DNA from: Lama glama
Taxonomy: Eukaryota
Assembly (NCBI GenBank): GCA_028534125.1
Contig: CM052816.1
Coordinates: forward strand, 73,224,001-73,288,000
Direction: 5' to 3'
DNA: 64,000 nucleotides
Made by a program: the position numbers and the translations under genes. A model generated the notes under the pieces. That model was not told the DNA's origin. It saw nothing but the letters and a program-made list of their open reading frames with translations, and did no database searches. This document shows positions 39,441 to 52,439 of the stretch, piece by piece; within the stretch, counting starts at the first letter, position 1, and each line of letters starts with the position of its first letter.

Positions 39441-39757
39441 GTTCTGAAGATGAGGGTAGATATGATGGTGAGATTTCTGCCCTGTCTCCATAGGCAAAGT
39501 AATCAAGCATCATTATTCAGGGCCAAGTATGTGATGCCACCATTTTGGGTGGGGCTGACCCCTATCCATGCTGGAAGCAACAGCAGAGGAAATTCTCACC
39601 CAAATATGTTATCTTGGAGTTTTTTCTGGCTGAGTGGCCTCTCTTTGGTCATCCTGGAGAGTCTGTGAACTATCCAGTGTTTTTATCATAAATCATTTTC
39701 TGCTTAATTTGTCCAGAGTTGTTTCCTTTTGCTTCTAATTTAGAATACTGATGGATC
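39440..39757 (+). mobile_element. ERVL LTR (LTR33-like) 3' portion
   Basis: GTCTGTGAACTATCCAGTG...ATAAATCATTTTCTGCTTAATTTGTCCAGAGTTGTTTC...TAGAATACTGA; 5' boundary uncertain. Confidence 0.65.
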
Positions 39758-40607
39758 AGTTAATATTGTTATTAAAAAACTTATTATTGAGAATATGCTG
39801 GAAGAAAAAGTTGGCTTATAATACCTACTATTATGTACATTAGGTGGAAGAAGAACCCTGGAAAAACTGTTGAAAAGATTGATAGGCTGATAGATTTCAA
39901 ACTATAGAGTTCAATCTCTCAACTAAAGATTTCTCATAAAATTATGAACAATTAGTCTAAGGTGAAATCAACAATGATAAATTGCTAATCCTCCTGAATA
40001 AAATCTGAGCCCTTCTGTAGACATGTAAAGCAGAGATTTGGCTTCTCCTTCTTATGTTTTTAAGTCATGTATCTTTCCTGGTTAGAAATGTACAATGACT
40101 CCCTAATAAAAGTTTTGCAATTTATTATAAGCTTTAACACCTCATTGTTTTTTATTTGGTCTCATAACATCTTCTGCACACAATTTCTAGTAGTACTCAA
40201 TAAAAAATAACATTGTTTTCAAGAGTTCTCAACACTTTTTAGAATTTAAAAACAGAACTAGAAAAAAAGCTGGGCTGCTGTCAACTGTTCCTTCTTCACT
40301 TTAACACTTAATTCTTTGTAAATCAACTCAGATTAGACTTTAGCCAATCAAACATGTTTAGCATCCCTTACTTGCAGATAGACATTTTTCTTTGCCACAT
40401 CATGTGCCCTCACATCCATATACAATTCTGTTCTTTTCCACTCTTTAAAATATGATTTTTGATTTTAAAACATTAATCAAGAAAGTGAAAGATAAATAGC
40501 ACTTTACCAGGGACACTTCTGTCCTTCAGGATTATGTCATCATGGGATTATCTGTGGTATATACATATAAGAAAACACTGAATTAATAATCAGGTATTCC
40601 TGATTTT

Positions 40608-40740
40608 ATTCATTACTCATTCATTCATTCATTCATTCACTCATCCAACCAACATTTGTTGAGGGCGTTCTGAATACTAGGCACTTCCCCAGGTGCTAGA
40701 GGTGTATAGGTGAGTATCTAACTTCAAGGTGCTGATCCAA
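40608..40740 (-). mobile_element. L2 3' tail
   Basis: (CATT)n then CAACATTTGTTGAGGGC...ACTAGGCACT...AGGTGCTAGAG. Confidence 0.75.
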
Positions 40741-40969
40741 TAGAATTATGAGCCCTCTCTTACCAGGTATTGTGAAATCTTAGAAAAAGTCACTTTGTTT
40801 TTCTGAATCTTACTTTATTTTTCTGTTTAAAAAGGGGACTGGGGTATAAGGGGTTATCACTGCTCAGAGCTGTAAGTCTAACTGGACATAGTAACAGATT
40901 GAAGTGGAATTCAGAGTTGACCACATCTCCCCTATTTGTATTTATTAACTTACATCAGAAATTAATACA

Positions 40970-41215
40970 GCATGTCAGTTAAAAAATGAAGGTTGTGGAG
41001 TTTGACTACCTAGGCCTGAGTTGTAGTTTCTCCACTTGAATAAACTCCAGTTGAATAGACATGGATGGGTTTCTTAATCTCCTTGTGCATTCGTCATCCC
41101 CTAAAGATAATGAAGATAGTAATATTTACATGAGTTTAGTGAAGCAGTCCCTGTAAGTCACTTTACTCCGCGCCCAGCACTTTCTGTACACTCAATAGTA
41201 AAGATGTTGATGATA
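40970..41215 (+). mobile_element. MIR SINE
   Basis: TGTGGAGTTTGACTACCTAGG...TTTCTTAATCTCCTTGTGC...TCATCCCCTAAAGATAATG...GCGCCCAGCAC...ACTCAATAG. Confidence 0.6.
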
Positions 41216-42587
41216 CTAGATTTCCTTTAGAGAATGAAGAATGCATATTTTTGTTGGGACATCAGTTTAGGGAAAGACTGAGGCAAGGGTGTAAGGATGG
41301 AGGACTATATCTTCCTATGTGGCCCTATCAAAAGGAGCAGCAGGTGCTGAGGAATAGGAGCCAGATCAGAGTGGAAGGACATAAAGACACATGTCACCCA
41401 GCGACCCTGACTGACAGGATTGAGGGTGAGGCATCTTTTGAAGAACTACTCAAAATAGTCGGAGTACATATTTTCAGTGCAATTAAGGCATCTGCCCATG
41501 AGCAGATGGGGACAAGATGAGAAACTTTTGATTTGAGGAATTAATATGATTTAATATTAATATGATTTAATTTGTACTACAGATAGGGCCAGATGTTATT
41601 TGGTTTATACAAAAGAAGGAGCATTTATGCTATAAAGTGTTCAGCTGTTTTATGTTATATAGTTATTATATATGCTTATTCCTATATTGATGTTGACACA
41701 TTTTAATCCTTTCTTAATGTGCATTATTAACTATTTTGTAAGCCCATTAGCTAGTGTCCTTTCTGAGAAGGAAAAATAAGAGTGTGTTTTATGTTCCTGC
41801 TAAAGTACTTAAAACTGCTCCCTTGACAGTGCTTAATACATACGAACTGATTTATTTCAGAAAAGATTTAAGGCAATTTATAAAGGTACCTGTGGAACTA
41901 GAAGATTAAAAAAAAATAAGTGAAGGAGTTCAAGGGGAAAAAATAAAATGTAAGTAAGGAGATTAAATTAAAATTAGGGTAAAGATGGTACCCAAAATGT
42001 CTTCTGTAACTCCCAGGGGTATGTTATATATTTGATTATTTGTTTTATAGTAGCTTAGATAAAACTGGAATCTTGATCAGTTATATGCATCAACATCCAT
42101 AAAATAAAAACTGATTTTCTTGAAGATATATAGTTAGTCCTTCTACTGAAACCTGAGGGAAATTTCTTCCATAAAAATGAGGCCATGCTACAGAATGAGC
42201 AACAACCATACTGTAAATATAATGATGAGATTCTTAGAGATGTTTATTCTAAGTTTAAATGTAGTTTAAGAGGTAATAGGAGAGCCTAGAGTAGTAAATT
42301 CTTGTCTTTGAAGGACCATACAATGTGTTGCATGTGTCTCAACTCCCTGCAGGTCTGGCTTCATCCCAGGATAACATTTAGAATGTCTTGAGGAATCTGA
42401 CAATCTTCAGGAATATCTTAGTTTACAATCATGACTATTAAATGTTGTCAGAAAATGTTTCGGGTTATATTCTCCTACAACGCCCTGAAGAGTTGAATCA
42501 ATTGTCAATAGACTCCAGTAAAAGAATAGCAACAACAACAACAATGGTCAGGGTTGTCTTAATTATTGGAATCTTCTTGATTAGGGT

Positions 42588-43228
42588 TGTATCAGGCAGA
42601 AATCTACAAAGGCCCTAAGATTACTGCCTACAGTGACTTTCAGTGTAATCTCTCCCACTTAAATACGAGCAGGGCATATGAATATCTCGGATACCATTCC
42701 GATGATTAGGTTATGTAACTTGGCAGGCAAAGATGAAAAGCTCTGCAGATCAGTTAAGTCTGTAAACAGGTGATATTAATACAATCAAAAGGTGGGTGGG
42801 CCTCACCTAATCATGAAAGCTCTTTTTAAAAGATTAAAAGTAGCAGCTGCAGACCAAGGAACTGCCTCCCTTGGACACAAAGAAGCAATTTTCCATGTTG
42901 TGGAGAGGGTCGTGCCTCTTTTCTATGAAAGTGGCCTGTAGGAGATGAGAGCAATCCCTGGCTAACAGCCAGAAAGTAAATAGGAACTTCAGTCCTACAA
43001 CCATAAGAAGCTGAATTCTGTCAACAACTTGAATGAGCTTGGAAAGAAGTTTCTCCCTAGTCAAGGCTCCAAGTGAGAACACAGCCCATACATTGATTTC
43101 AGCTCTTTAAGACCTCTCAAGCAGAAAATCCAGTTGAACTACAGTCATATTTTTACCTTATAGATTTCTGAGATAAGTGGGTACTGTTTTGTGGTAATTT
43201 GTTCCACAATAATAAAACACAAATGTAA
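42588..43228 (+). mobile_element. Solo MaLR LTR (MLT1E-like)
   Basis: GATTAGGTTATG, GGGTGGGCCTCACCTAATCA, CAGTCCTACAACCATAAGAAGCTGAATTCTGTCAACAACTTGAATGAGCTTGGA, TGTGGTAATTTGTT. Confidence 0.88.
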
Positions 43229-43874
43229 GCATATTTAAACCAAAATTATAACTAAACAATGACTCTGCACTGTCATATATAAGAGAAAAGAAAAGCTTGT
43301 CTCCAAATTTATTTAGATATATTTCTAATCAAAATCTGATACTGATTATAAACAATAGGCTAATAGAAAATTCTATGATTATTAAGCAGTTATGTTTTAA
43401 GAATTTTAAATAACATTTCCTTGAAACGAATTGATGATAAGATTCAGAGATGTGGCAATGATAAAATACTTCAGATGCTTCCAGGCTTTGATAATTAAAA
43501 CAGCATAGCAGAGGGTCCTTCTCAGGTGCCTGTTTAGATACTACAGATTTCAGCAATTGCTATCTCCAATAATTGCTTGGAAAGAGTGAAACATAGATGA
43601 AAAAAAGAATGAGGAGTTATCAGAGGTCAACTAAACATTTTAAGAAATCTGTTGACCTGATTTAGGGTGTAAATAAAGCATAATAGGATGTATAAAAGTA
43701 CATTTAAATGCATGCAATGAGCATATATAGCGATAATGGTACGAGGATTTTGAAGGACTCCTATGGGGAGAATAGCAGTAGTTCTCTGAAATATCCCCAG
43801 GTTATTTTTTAAAAGATTGGATTTGGGGGTGGGAGTGGGGGGAGGTGGAATAATCTAGTGTCAGTGAAAATGGT

Positions 43875-44423
43875 AGTAATTGCTTAATGCAAAAGCCAGG
43901 CTGACTCAGCTAAATTGTTGAGTAAATGTTGATCAGAATGAGAGTTTTATTCATACTGGTTAATAAGTACCTAACCGAGTCAGTTACAAAGATCTATTGA
44001 CCCTAGAACTCCCTACAGCTTTGCATAATGCTCTTGTCTGTTCCTTGGGAATATGCAGCTTTGACCTATGGACCGCGGTCAAATATTAATGGGCCCTATG
44101 CATCGATGAGTTATGCTTCCCATTATAAGGAGGATACCTGGAGTACATACAAATACAAAATAAACATTTTGGTTGCAGGGAGTCTTAAAGTATGATTGTG
44201 AGCAGTTGCTCCTGCCAACAATAAAAATCCTCTAATGGGACCCTGCCACCGCCCTCTTGAGCTGGCTGGGCTGCTTGTGGCTTGGGGCTTACTCTACTCT
44301 GACAGCTAATATAAACATGCTAATGCAGTTATGGAAAGAAAGAGAATTCAGAGGAGAGGCATGCTACAGAGGTGACCAAGCCCCAGAGAAGGGAAAAAGG
44401 AAGCAAAGACAGGGGGGTAAGGT
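43875..44423 (+). promoter_or_regulatory. Putative enhancer/promoter-like motif cluster
   Basis: GCTGACTCAGC 43900-43910, TTGCATAA 44021-44028, CCGCCC about 44249-44254, TATAAA 44310-44315, donor-like GTAAGG 44417; motif evidence only. Confidence 0.25.
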
Positions 44424-45625
44424 GCATCTTCTTTCAGTCTTCTAGATGAAATAGTTTTTTTGACAAGTAGGAATTAGAATGTTATGACCATGTATTTTCT
44501 GCTAAAAAAAAAAGTCAAACCTATGTTGTATTTTTAATAGTTAATTGACCTAAGGGTCCATTTGTGTGAAAATTGGCAGCAGAACAGTTTTCACAAAGTT
44601 ACATATGAATCACATGTTAATATTTTTTAAGCAATAATTATATTTAACGTCGAAATGGTTGACTGAATCTCTAAGGGCTATCTTTTGATGTGTTAAAGAT
44701 TTGTACATCAATTTCTCATTTTTCTCATACAAACCTTATGTGATAAATAGGACTGGAATCTTTATTTTTATTTGAAAGACAGGAAAATTAGATTGAAGTG
44801 GTTAAGAAACTCAGCTGAGGTGGTATGAAGAAGCTGGTGAGAGACACTAGGTTTGCTTCCAAGACAATATTTTTTTTTTGTCACAGGACTACATTTTCTT
44901 CCTTTAAAAAAACCCAAAACATTATTATTATGGTCAAAAGAAAGCCATTTCTCAGGAGTATTATTAATTTCATCTCTAACTATTCTGATGTTGTGGTGCT
45001 GGAGATGAAGCAATTTAGCTTTGTCAGAAAAAGTAGAAAAAAATTACAGGCCAGGGAAAGTCATTCTATAATTCAGTTAACAGTTAGATTTGTGACTTAC
45101 TCTCTGCCTCTTTCCAAGCACAGTTCTCTTCAGGGCACTATGTTTTGGTGAAACAAGTATCCCCTTTAACGTAGAGTGCTTATTTGACAAAATGAATAAC
45201 AGCACAGTGAAATACTGAAACTAAAACAGTATAGATGATCTTGAAGTTTGCAGATTTTTGACTGTGAGTGAACTTGAAGATATATGGTGCGGAATTTCTG
45301 ATTTCCTAAGGCACCCGTTTTGTCTATCTGTATGGATAACTTGGTAAAGAGGTAATTGTGTATAGTGCTAAATTCCATTGACCTTTTTCCATGATAAATA
45401 ATCACCTTTAAGTATCTTAGGACTATTAATAGAAATGCAGTTTTACAGCAGTGCAGATGTGTCAAAGCACTGAAAGTAATACAAGTGTCAGATAAACAAG
45501 CTTTTTCTGTATCAGGGAGAAATAGAAACAGAATTTTAAATGTTAGTATAAATTAAGTTTTGGGTTCTCTTAGTATGTAGTTTAAAAAACTTCACCATGC
45601 ATATTCTTTCTAAGTCATCAATGAC

Positions 45626-45651
45626 GTGTGTGTGTGTGTGTGTGTGTGTGT
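45626..45651. repeat. (TG)n microsatellite
   Basis: Directly visible. Confidence 0.95.
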
Positions 45652-45659
45652 AATTGCAA

Positions 45660-46795
45660 GTCCCAGGGGCCTTTTCTTTGTTCTCAATCTCTTTGATGTT
45701 TCTGTATCCTTTGAAATCAGTGACTCCACCCTTCTTGAATCGCCTCACTCCATCAGCTTCTGTGAAATAATATCCTACTTTGCTTCTTGCTTCCGTGATT
45801 AATTCTTCTTGTTTCTTTCCCTGACTCCTCCTTAACCACTGAGACGTCCAAGTTTCAGTTTGGAGAACTTGATCCTCTTATATGTATTTGGTTTTCAACG
45901 ATGTTGATGACTTTCAAATCTCCATTTCCAGAACGTTCTCATCTAATCTCTGGCTCTCTCTCTGTACCTATTGATCTTTTAAATGAGTTCTCTGCTGTAG
46001 CTGCAAACTCAACATGCTCAGAGGTGAACCCATGGTCTCTTCACCTCATGTCTCTCTGTTGGTCCTTACCTGGGACTGAAGAAGTTGTCTAATTCATATC
46101 TTTCTTTGACGTATCAAAGTGAATCCACATTTTATTGGAATGTTTAATGTTTTACTTCCATTTAGATACTCACATTTCTACAATATTTAGAGGAATTCCC
46201 TCTTGCAGAATCAGTGCCAGCCTGATCTTGACTCACTGCTTTGGTAAGGTTTCTCTTCTACTCAGAACCCTATTTCTTATCAATAGCTCTCTATTTCTTA
46301 TCAAAGTACCAGGTACTTTGGGTTTAAGGCTTCCTTAACTGATGCTACCCCACCTGTTCTACCTACTATTCTTTATTCTCTTATATATACCTTTCTCATC
46401 TATCAGGAAAAGACTCATTTTTTTTTTCTTCTCTCCAGTGTGCAGACTACTCCCGTTCTTAACTCTGTGTCATTGCTTTGATGGTTGACTTGCCTGGCAT
46501 CCTTCTTTACCCTTTTCATCTCTGCATCTGTCATCTACCTTCCAAGTTCCAGCTCAAATCCAACTTCCTAGTGACAGTAGTCTTCCATAAATATGATCTT
46601 CTCTGAAGTTGTTCAAAATTTAACTTGAGGTAGAGGGTATGTCTTACAAGATACCAGTGAATCATGTTTCATATAGTTTAGTTTACTTTGGGAGTCTCTG
46701 GAGGCAGGAGACATGGTCAATAACCAGTGTGTCAGACTCTGGCTCCTAGATTAATGTATACAAAATAGGCAGACAATCATTGATTGTTGATTGAA
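45660..46795 (+). mobile_element. L2 LINE remnant
   Basis: Pyrimidine-rich; GATGACTTTCAAATCT, CAAACTCAACATG, CTACCTTCCAAGTTCCAGCTCAAAT, tail TGATTGTTGATTGAA. Confidence 0.7.
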
Positions 46796-48189
46796 AACTG
46801 GTTTCTCAGATTTCCCAGCCATTCATATTATTTCAATATCACACCTGGTCATTTGGAAAAATAAAGTAGTGCCTCAAAGCTGTAAGTATTAATGCAACTA
46901 TGTTCTTTTGTTTAGTTAAGAACATAGCTTTCCAGTTCACCTTTGGGAAAAGAGAATAAACATTAAACACTTGATTTTTTTTAATTAATGGAAATCATTT
47001 CACAAGTCTGGCCCTAAGTTTATTCTAATTTATTAACAGGAAACACCTGAGACTAATTGCTTTCTGGCCTACAGAATCCTGCTTTATTACTTTTTTAGAC
47101 TTTTCCATTTAAATATACATCTAGCTTTGATAAATATCGTAATCACTTATGTTTAGAAAATATAGCGCTCTTTTTTTCTATGGCTGGCTGAACTTCTTTG
47201 ATTAAAGGTGATTTAATTTGGAAATTCAAGATGTTATGAATTAAATTGTACTGTACTTAGAGGAGAAGGAAAATATTTGAAGTACTGCTCTGGGTGTTCT
47301 ACAAGCTATGGAAAAAATGCTCAGTATAATCTTAATTTATTCATTAAACTGAAACTTCTTTTGCGGCTTTGCAGAAGTAAATGTCTACTTTGTAGCTGTA
47401 GCTGAGTAGTTCATGTTCTTCCAGATTTCTTCTGAAGTTCTTTTATTTAATGTTTCGGGTTAGTTATATCTCACATTAAGTAGCATATCTTTTGTATATC
47501 AAAATGAGTTCAAGTAGATATTTTTGTTTAATTCTTACAAATTCAACACAGGCACAGAGATTCCCTCGGCCAAATGTTATAGGGTTTTGGGTGGGGACGG
47601 TGAGCCAGGTACTGTGGAAACAACTCTTCACTCTCCCATGAAGGAGAAGAGCATTCCTAACAGAATTCACGCCGCATCAGCGTGGGCGCGACACATGGTC
47701 TGTGGGCTGCGCCTCTCATACCTTACATTATTGGGAGATCAAGTTACTGCTCCATGGAAGGGTGACATTTTTGGCAGCATTTTAGTGCACTTCTCAGGAT
47801 TTCCACTTTCCACTTGGCAAGAATACACTTTAGACATAATCACCGAGTTTTTCTGCAAGATTTGGTGGTGAGACATTGGGTGAGAAGAGGGACGGAGAAA
47901 TCTGAACCTCCCTGTATAGAAGTCGTTTGCTAAGTCTGACGCAGAGGAACCCTCCATTAGGGAAATAGGTTTTAAGAATTAATTACCGATTACACTAATA
48001 GTACACAAATACATGCTACCTGAAAAATACTGAAAACATTAAAGATAAAGCTAAAATCTATTTCAAAAGCATGATTTTTCAAGTGTAGTCCCCTGCCTTC
48101 TTCCTCAGAAATTTAGTTAACAACTTGTTATGGGAAATTTTTCAGTTAACTTACATGCATATATATGCCCCTACAGAAAATATGTAACT

Positions 48190-48895
48190 TTGTTTTATTA
48201 TTATATTTCTAAAAACATTATTGAAGTATGATTCACATATTATATAATTCCCTCAAAGTGCACAATCCAATGCCTTTTAGTATAGTCAGAGTTGTGTGTA
48301 AATCACCACAACCAATATTAGAACATTACTCCAAAAAAACACCCTGCTCTCATTAGCTGTTACTTTCCAAATCCGCACCGCACAAACATCCCCCTTAGCA
48401 TTGGGCATCCACTAATCTACTTTCTGTCTTTGTAGATTTGCCTATTCTGAGTAACTCATATGAATAAAATCATATACTATGAGATCCTTTGCAATTGGCC
48501 TCTTTCATTTAGCATAATTTTCAAGGTTCATCCATGTTGTAGCAAGCATCAGTGCTTTATTTCATTTTATAACCAAATACTACTCCATTGCACGAATATA
48601 TATTTTATTCATGCATTAATTAATGGGTGGACATTTAATTGTTTCTACTTTTTGGTGATTATGAATAACTCTGTTATGAACATTTGTTTACAAGTGTTTG
48701 TGTGGACATGTTTCCTTTTCACTTGTCTAGATACCTAGGGGTAGAGTTGCTGGGGCATAATAGTAACTATGTTTAATCTTTTGACAGAATGCCAGACTGC
48801 TTTTCAAAATAGATGCTCCATTTTACATGCCCACCAGCAGTGAATGAGGGTTCCAATGTCTCTGCCTCCTCACCATCACTTGTTACCATCATAAT
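48190..48895 (-). mobile_element. L1MB-like 3' end
   Basis: CACTAATCTACTTTCTGTCTTTGTAGATTTGCCTATTCTG, TTTTCAAGGTTCATCCATGTTGTAGCA, CCCACCAGCAGTGAATGAGGGTTCCA. Confidence 0.92.
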
Positions 48896-48977
48896 TGCAC
48901 TTTTAAAACAAAAATATTACATTTTTGGTTGTTTTACAAATTTCCTTATTTATCACACTTTTAAGGCACATTGCTAA

Positions 48978-49875
48978 TACTATCCTAATACATCGTGAGG
49001 GAGTACAGTTATGGCATATCCTCTCTTTGTCTTTTCCATGTCCCGCACCCTCTTCAACTACATCTTCCATCTTTGAAAAAGTCATTTTGATTGTTAGTAT
49101 CATTCCGTGACCTGAAACAGGGATCCATGCTTTGGTAACTTTTTTCACTGGTTAAATTTTTTCCCTTTACAAGACANNNNNNNNNNNNNNNNNNNNNNNN
49201 NNNNNNNNNNNNNNNNNNNNNNNNNNNNNNNNNNNNNNNNNNNNNNNNNNNNNNNNNNNNNNNNNNNNNNNNNNNNNNNNNNNNNNNNNNNNNNNNNNNN
49301 NNNNNNNNNNNNNNNNNNNNNNNNNNNNNNNNNNNNNNNNNNNNNNNNNNNNNNNNNNNNNNNNNNNNNNNNNNNNNNNNNNNNNNNNNNNNNNNNNNNN
49401 NNNNNNNNNNNNNNNNNNNNNNNNNNNNNNNNNNNNNNNNNNNNNNNNNNNNNNNNNNNNNNNNNNNNNNNNNNNNNNNNNNNNNNNNNNNNNNNNNNNN
49501 NNNNNNNNNNNNNNNNNNNNNNNNNNNNNNNNNNNNNNNNNNNNNNNNNNNNNNNNNNNNNNNNNNNNNNNNNNNNNNNNNNNNNNNNNNNNNNNNNNNN
49601 NNNNNNNNNNNNNNNNNNNNNNNNNNNNNNNNNNNNNNNNNNNNNNNNNNNNNNNNNNNNNNNNNNNNNNNNNNNNTACTATCCTAATACATCGTGAGGG
49701 AGTACAGTTATGGCATATCCTCTCTTTGTCTTTTCCATGTCCCGCACCCTCTTCAACTACATCTTCCATCTTTGAAAAAGTCATTTTGATTGTTAGTATC
49801 ATTCCGTGACCTGAAACAGGGATCCATGCTTTGGTAACTTTTTTCACTGGTTAAATTTTTTCCCTTTACAAGACA
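48978..49875. repeat. Exact 199-bp direct duplication flanking an assembly gap
   Basis: 48978-49176 reads identically to 49677-49875. Confidence 0.95.
49177..49676. other. Assembly gap (500 N)
   Basis: Run of N. Confidence 1.
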
Positions 49876-51699
49876 TTCCTGTCTGGATGACTCCTTCCAA
49901 AAAGCTCTAAAACCAAGGAATTCTGTGGGTAATCTTATGCTCTCTCCTCTCCACTTCTTCCTCAAGCCTTCAATTACTTAGTGTTTTGAGAGTTCATTCT
50001 CTCAATTAATTTGTGAACAACTGTTCCAGTGACTGGGTATGCTGCCCCAGACACGCTTCCCTGCTCACCAAGTGTATCTTTCATATCCAGTCCTTTGAGT
50101 CTCTTCCATACTGGCAAATTATATTGACCTTTTCATATGCTATTTGTTAGATCCAATTTATTAATATTTTGCTGAAGATTTCTGCAATATGTTTTTTTTC
50201 AGTTTTTGTATTAGGGTAATGCTTCTTTTACATTTGGTAGTATGTTGTATAGCTCAGAATTTGATATATAATGACATGAATCCAACATTATATTATTATA
50301 TAAAGTAGATCTCATGTTGTCCTAAGTTTCCCCCAAACCAAAAACTAAGCTTCAACTACGTGGTTTTCAGGGGCTAGCTGGTTATTGCCAAAATTTTATT
50401 CCAAATTTCTCTCTTAGGGCCAAACCTAATGTGGCTTTTTTTTTCTATCTGTTGCACTTGGTCTTTGTTTCTCTATTTTATCTTGTTGAATTTGTTAAAT
50501 ACTCCAATAAAATTTTAAATAGAAGCAATCATTGGATACTTATATCATGAAAGTGTAAAGAATTTCTGCTTTTATCACAGTTGTGGGTAAAAAAGATACA
50601 CATGTTAAGTTTCATCTTTTAAGTTTACAAAGGTACAAATATAACCAATTGAAGAACCAAAATTAGTTATGTAGCTTTATTGGGAAGAAAAAGGAAAAAG
50701 AGGTATTCTGGTTGAATTAAGCCAAATCTTAATCATTCATAGCAAAAAATAAATTGATAATATCCAAAGTTATAAATAGTGATAGAAGCAATTTATTTAG
50801 AGGAAGAAAGATAACTATTGAAACAAAAAACACCAATGGTCCTTAGGAGAAGTATGGGCAAAGACTTCTTTTTTTACTAGTCTAACAGCCATTTAGTATT
50901 TTTTATTTAAAAAATCATATGCAATCAAATGTTTTAAAAATTAAGCTTTCCTACAGTAAATTCATTGTAGCTAAATCTGCATATTATATTATTATTATTT
51001 TCCCTTATTTCCATACTGTTTTCAAAGTGTCCTCAAGGAGTTTAAACATTTTTTTCCGTGATTTTTCTTTACATCTTCTCCTTCAATAATTGTTCATAAA
51101 AAGTCTTTGTAGTGGTAAGCAAATGACTAGAATAAACTAGAAATAAATATGTTTATAGTATATGTCAAAAATCTGATACATATAAAGAACTATATCACAG
51201 AGAAATAATCACTAAATATGTAAAATTAGTTCGCAAAAGAAAGATGTTTCTGACAATTATATAAATATAGCTTTTTTTTTGTTCTGATACCTTTAATGAT
51301 TTCTCCTTTATTTCTTTCATTTGCTTCCTTTGTTGTCTACTCAAGTTGTGGAATTTGCATTTATTTCGATCTTGACCCTACCTCAATATCTTATTTTTTA
51401 TTCTCTGAAAAGTTAAGAATAATCCAATAGCAACTCTAGATAACCAAAAAAGCTGCAGGAACCTATTTTCTGATGAACAGAGATGTAGAGGTGTAACAGT
51501 TTCAGCACAGCATCTTTGAGCAACCATCAGTGCACTGGGGTGACCCTTCAAGGTAGAACCATTTGCGTTTCCTAGGCTATGCAATGTCTGTAGACAATTG
51601 AAAAAAAAAAGACCTGTACCTCCTACTGGAATTTCGATGTCAACATGTTCAAAATAATTCAATTCTCCTAATGGAACTAATTTTTGCCCAACTTTTCAA

Positions 51700-52180
51700 A
51701 TTATAATCTAAGTCAGTCCTATCACTTCTCTCAACCTATTCGTTCACAAATTCCTTATAATACCACCTCTTGAATATTTCTTGAGTTGGTCCCTCGATGG
51801 GACCCACCTTAAAACTAAGCCTTCTCTCTTGCCTGGACTAGGAAAAAAGTCCCAAACTGCTATACTTGCCTAGTGTCTATTCCCCTTTCAACCTTTCCCT
51901 GTTTTTTTCAAGAGACTCCTCTTTTTTGAGACAACAAATCCGCATTTGTTTTCTCCTTCAGTGGCATTCTACCTGGCTTGTAAAGCCCAAACTCCACTGA
52001 GCGATCATTCATGATCTAGCCCGTGTCCTGCTCTCCAGCCTCTTTCCAGATGCTGTCTTAGACCAAATGTTCTAGCATGCCAAACTATTTATAGTTTCCC
52101 CACCAAAACACACTGTTTCAGTCCCACTACTTTGCACATGAAATCATCTTTACCTGAAATACTATCTCCTTATGCCATTT
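51700..52180 (+). mobile_element. L2 remnant
   Basis: TCTCTTGCCTGGACTA, TAAAGCCCAAACTCC, TTCATGATCTAGCCC, TTTGCACATG...TTACCTGAAAT. Confidence 0.65.
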
Positions 52181-52439
52181 GTAAATGTGCAGCAATGATA
52201 TAATGTTTATAACAGATATATGCATTATACTAAGTCAAGAAGGAAGGAACAATGATTATGACAACTAGACCCTATAAAATGGTGGTTGCAACTCTAATGA
52301 ACTCTGAGAATTACTTGACTTTCTTGCATTTAGACGACAAAAATTACACCAGTATAAATTCTAAGTATATTCCCACTCTGTCTTGTCCATTACATCACAT
52401 CTAGGTTTCCATGTGAACTAATACCATGAAATAAGTATA

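Noticed and set aside
49167..49847. 226-aa ORF
   Set aside because: Mostly X residues from the N gap, starting in the duplicated flank
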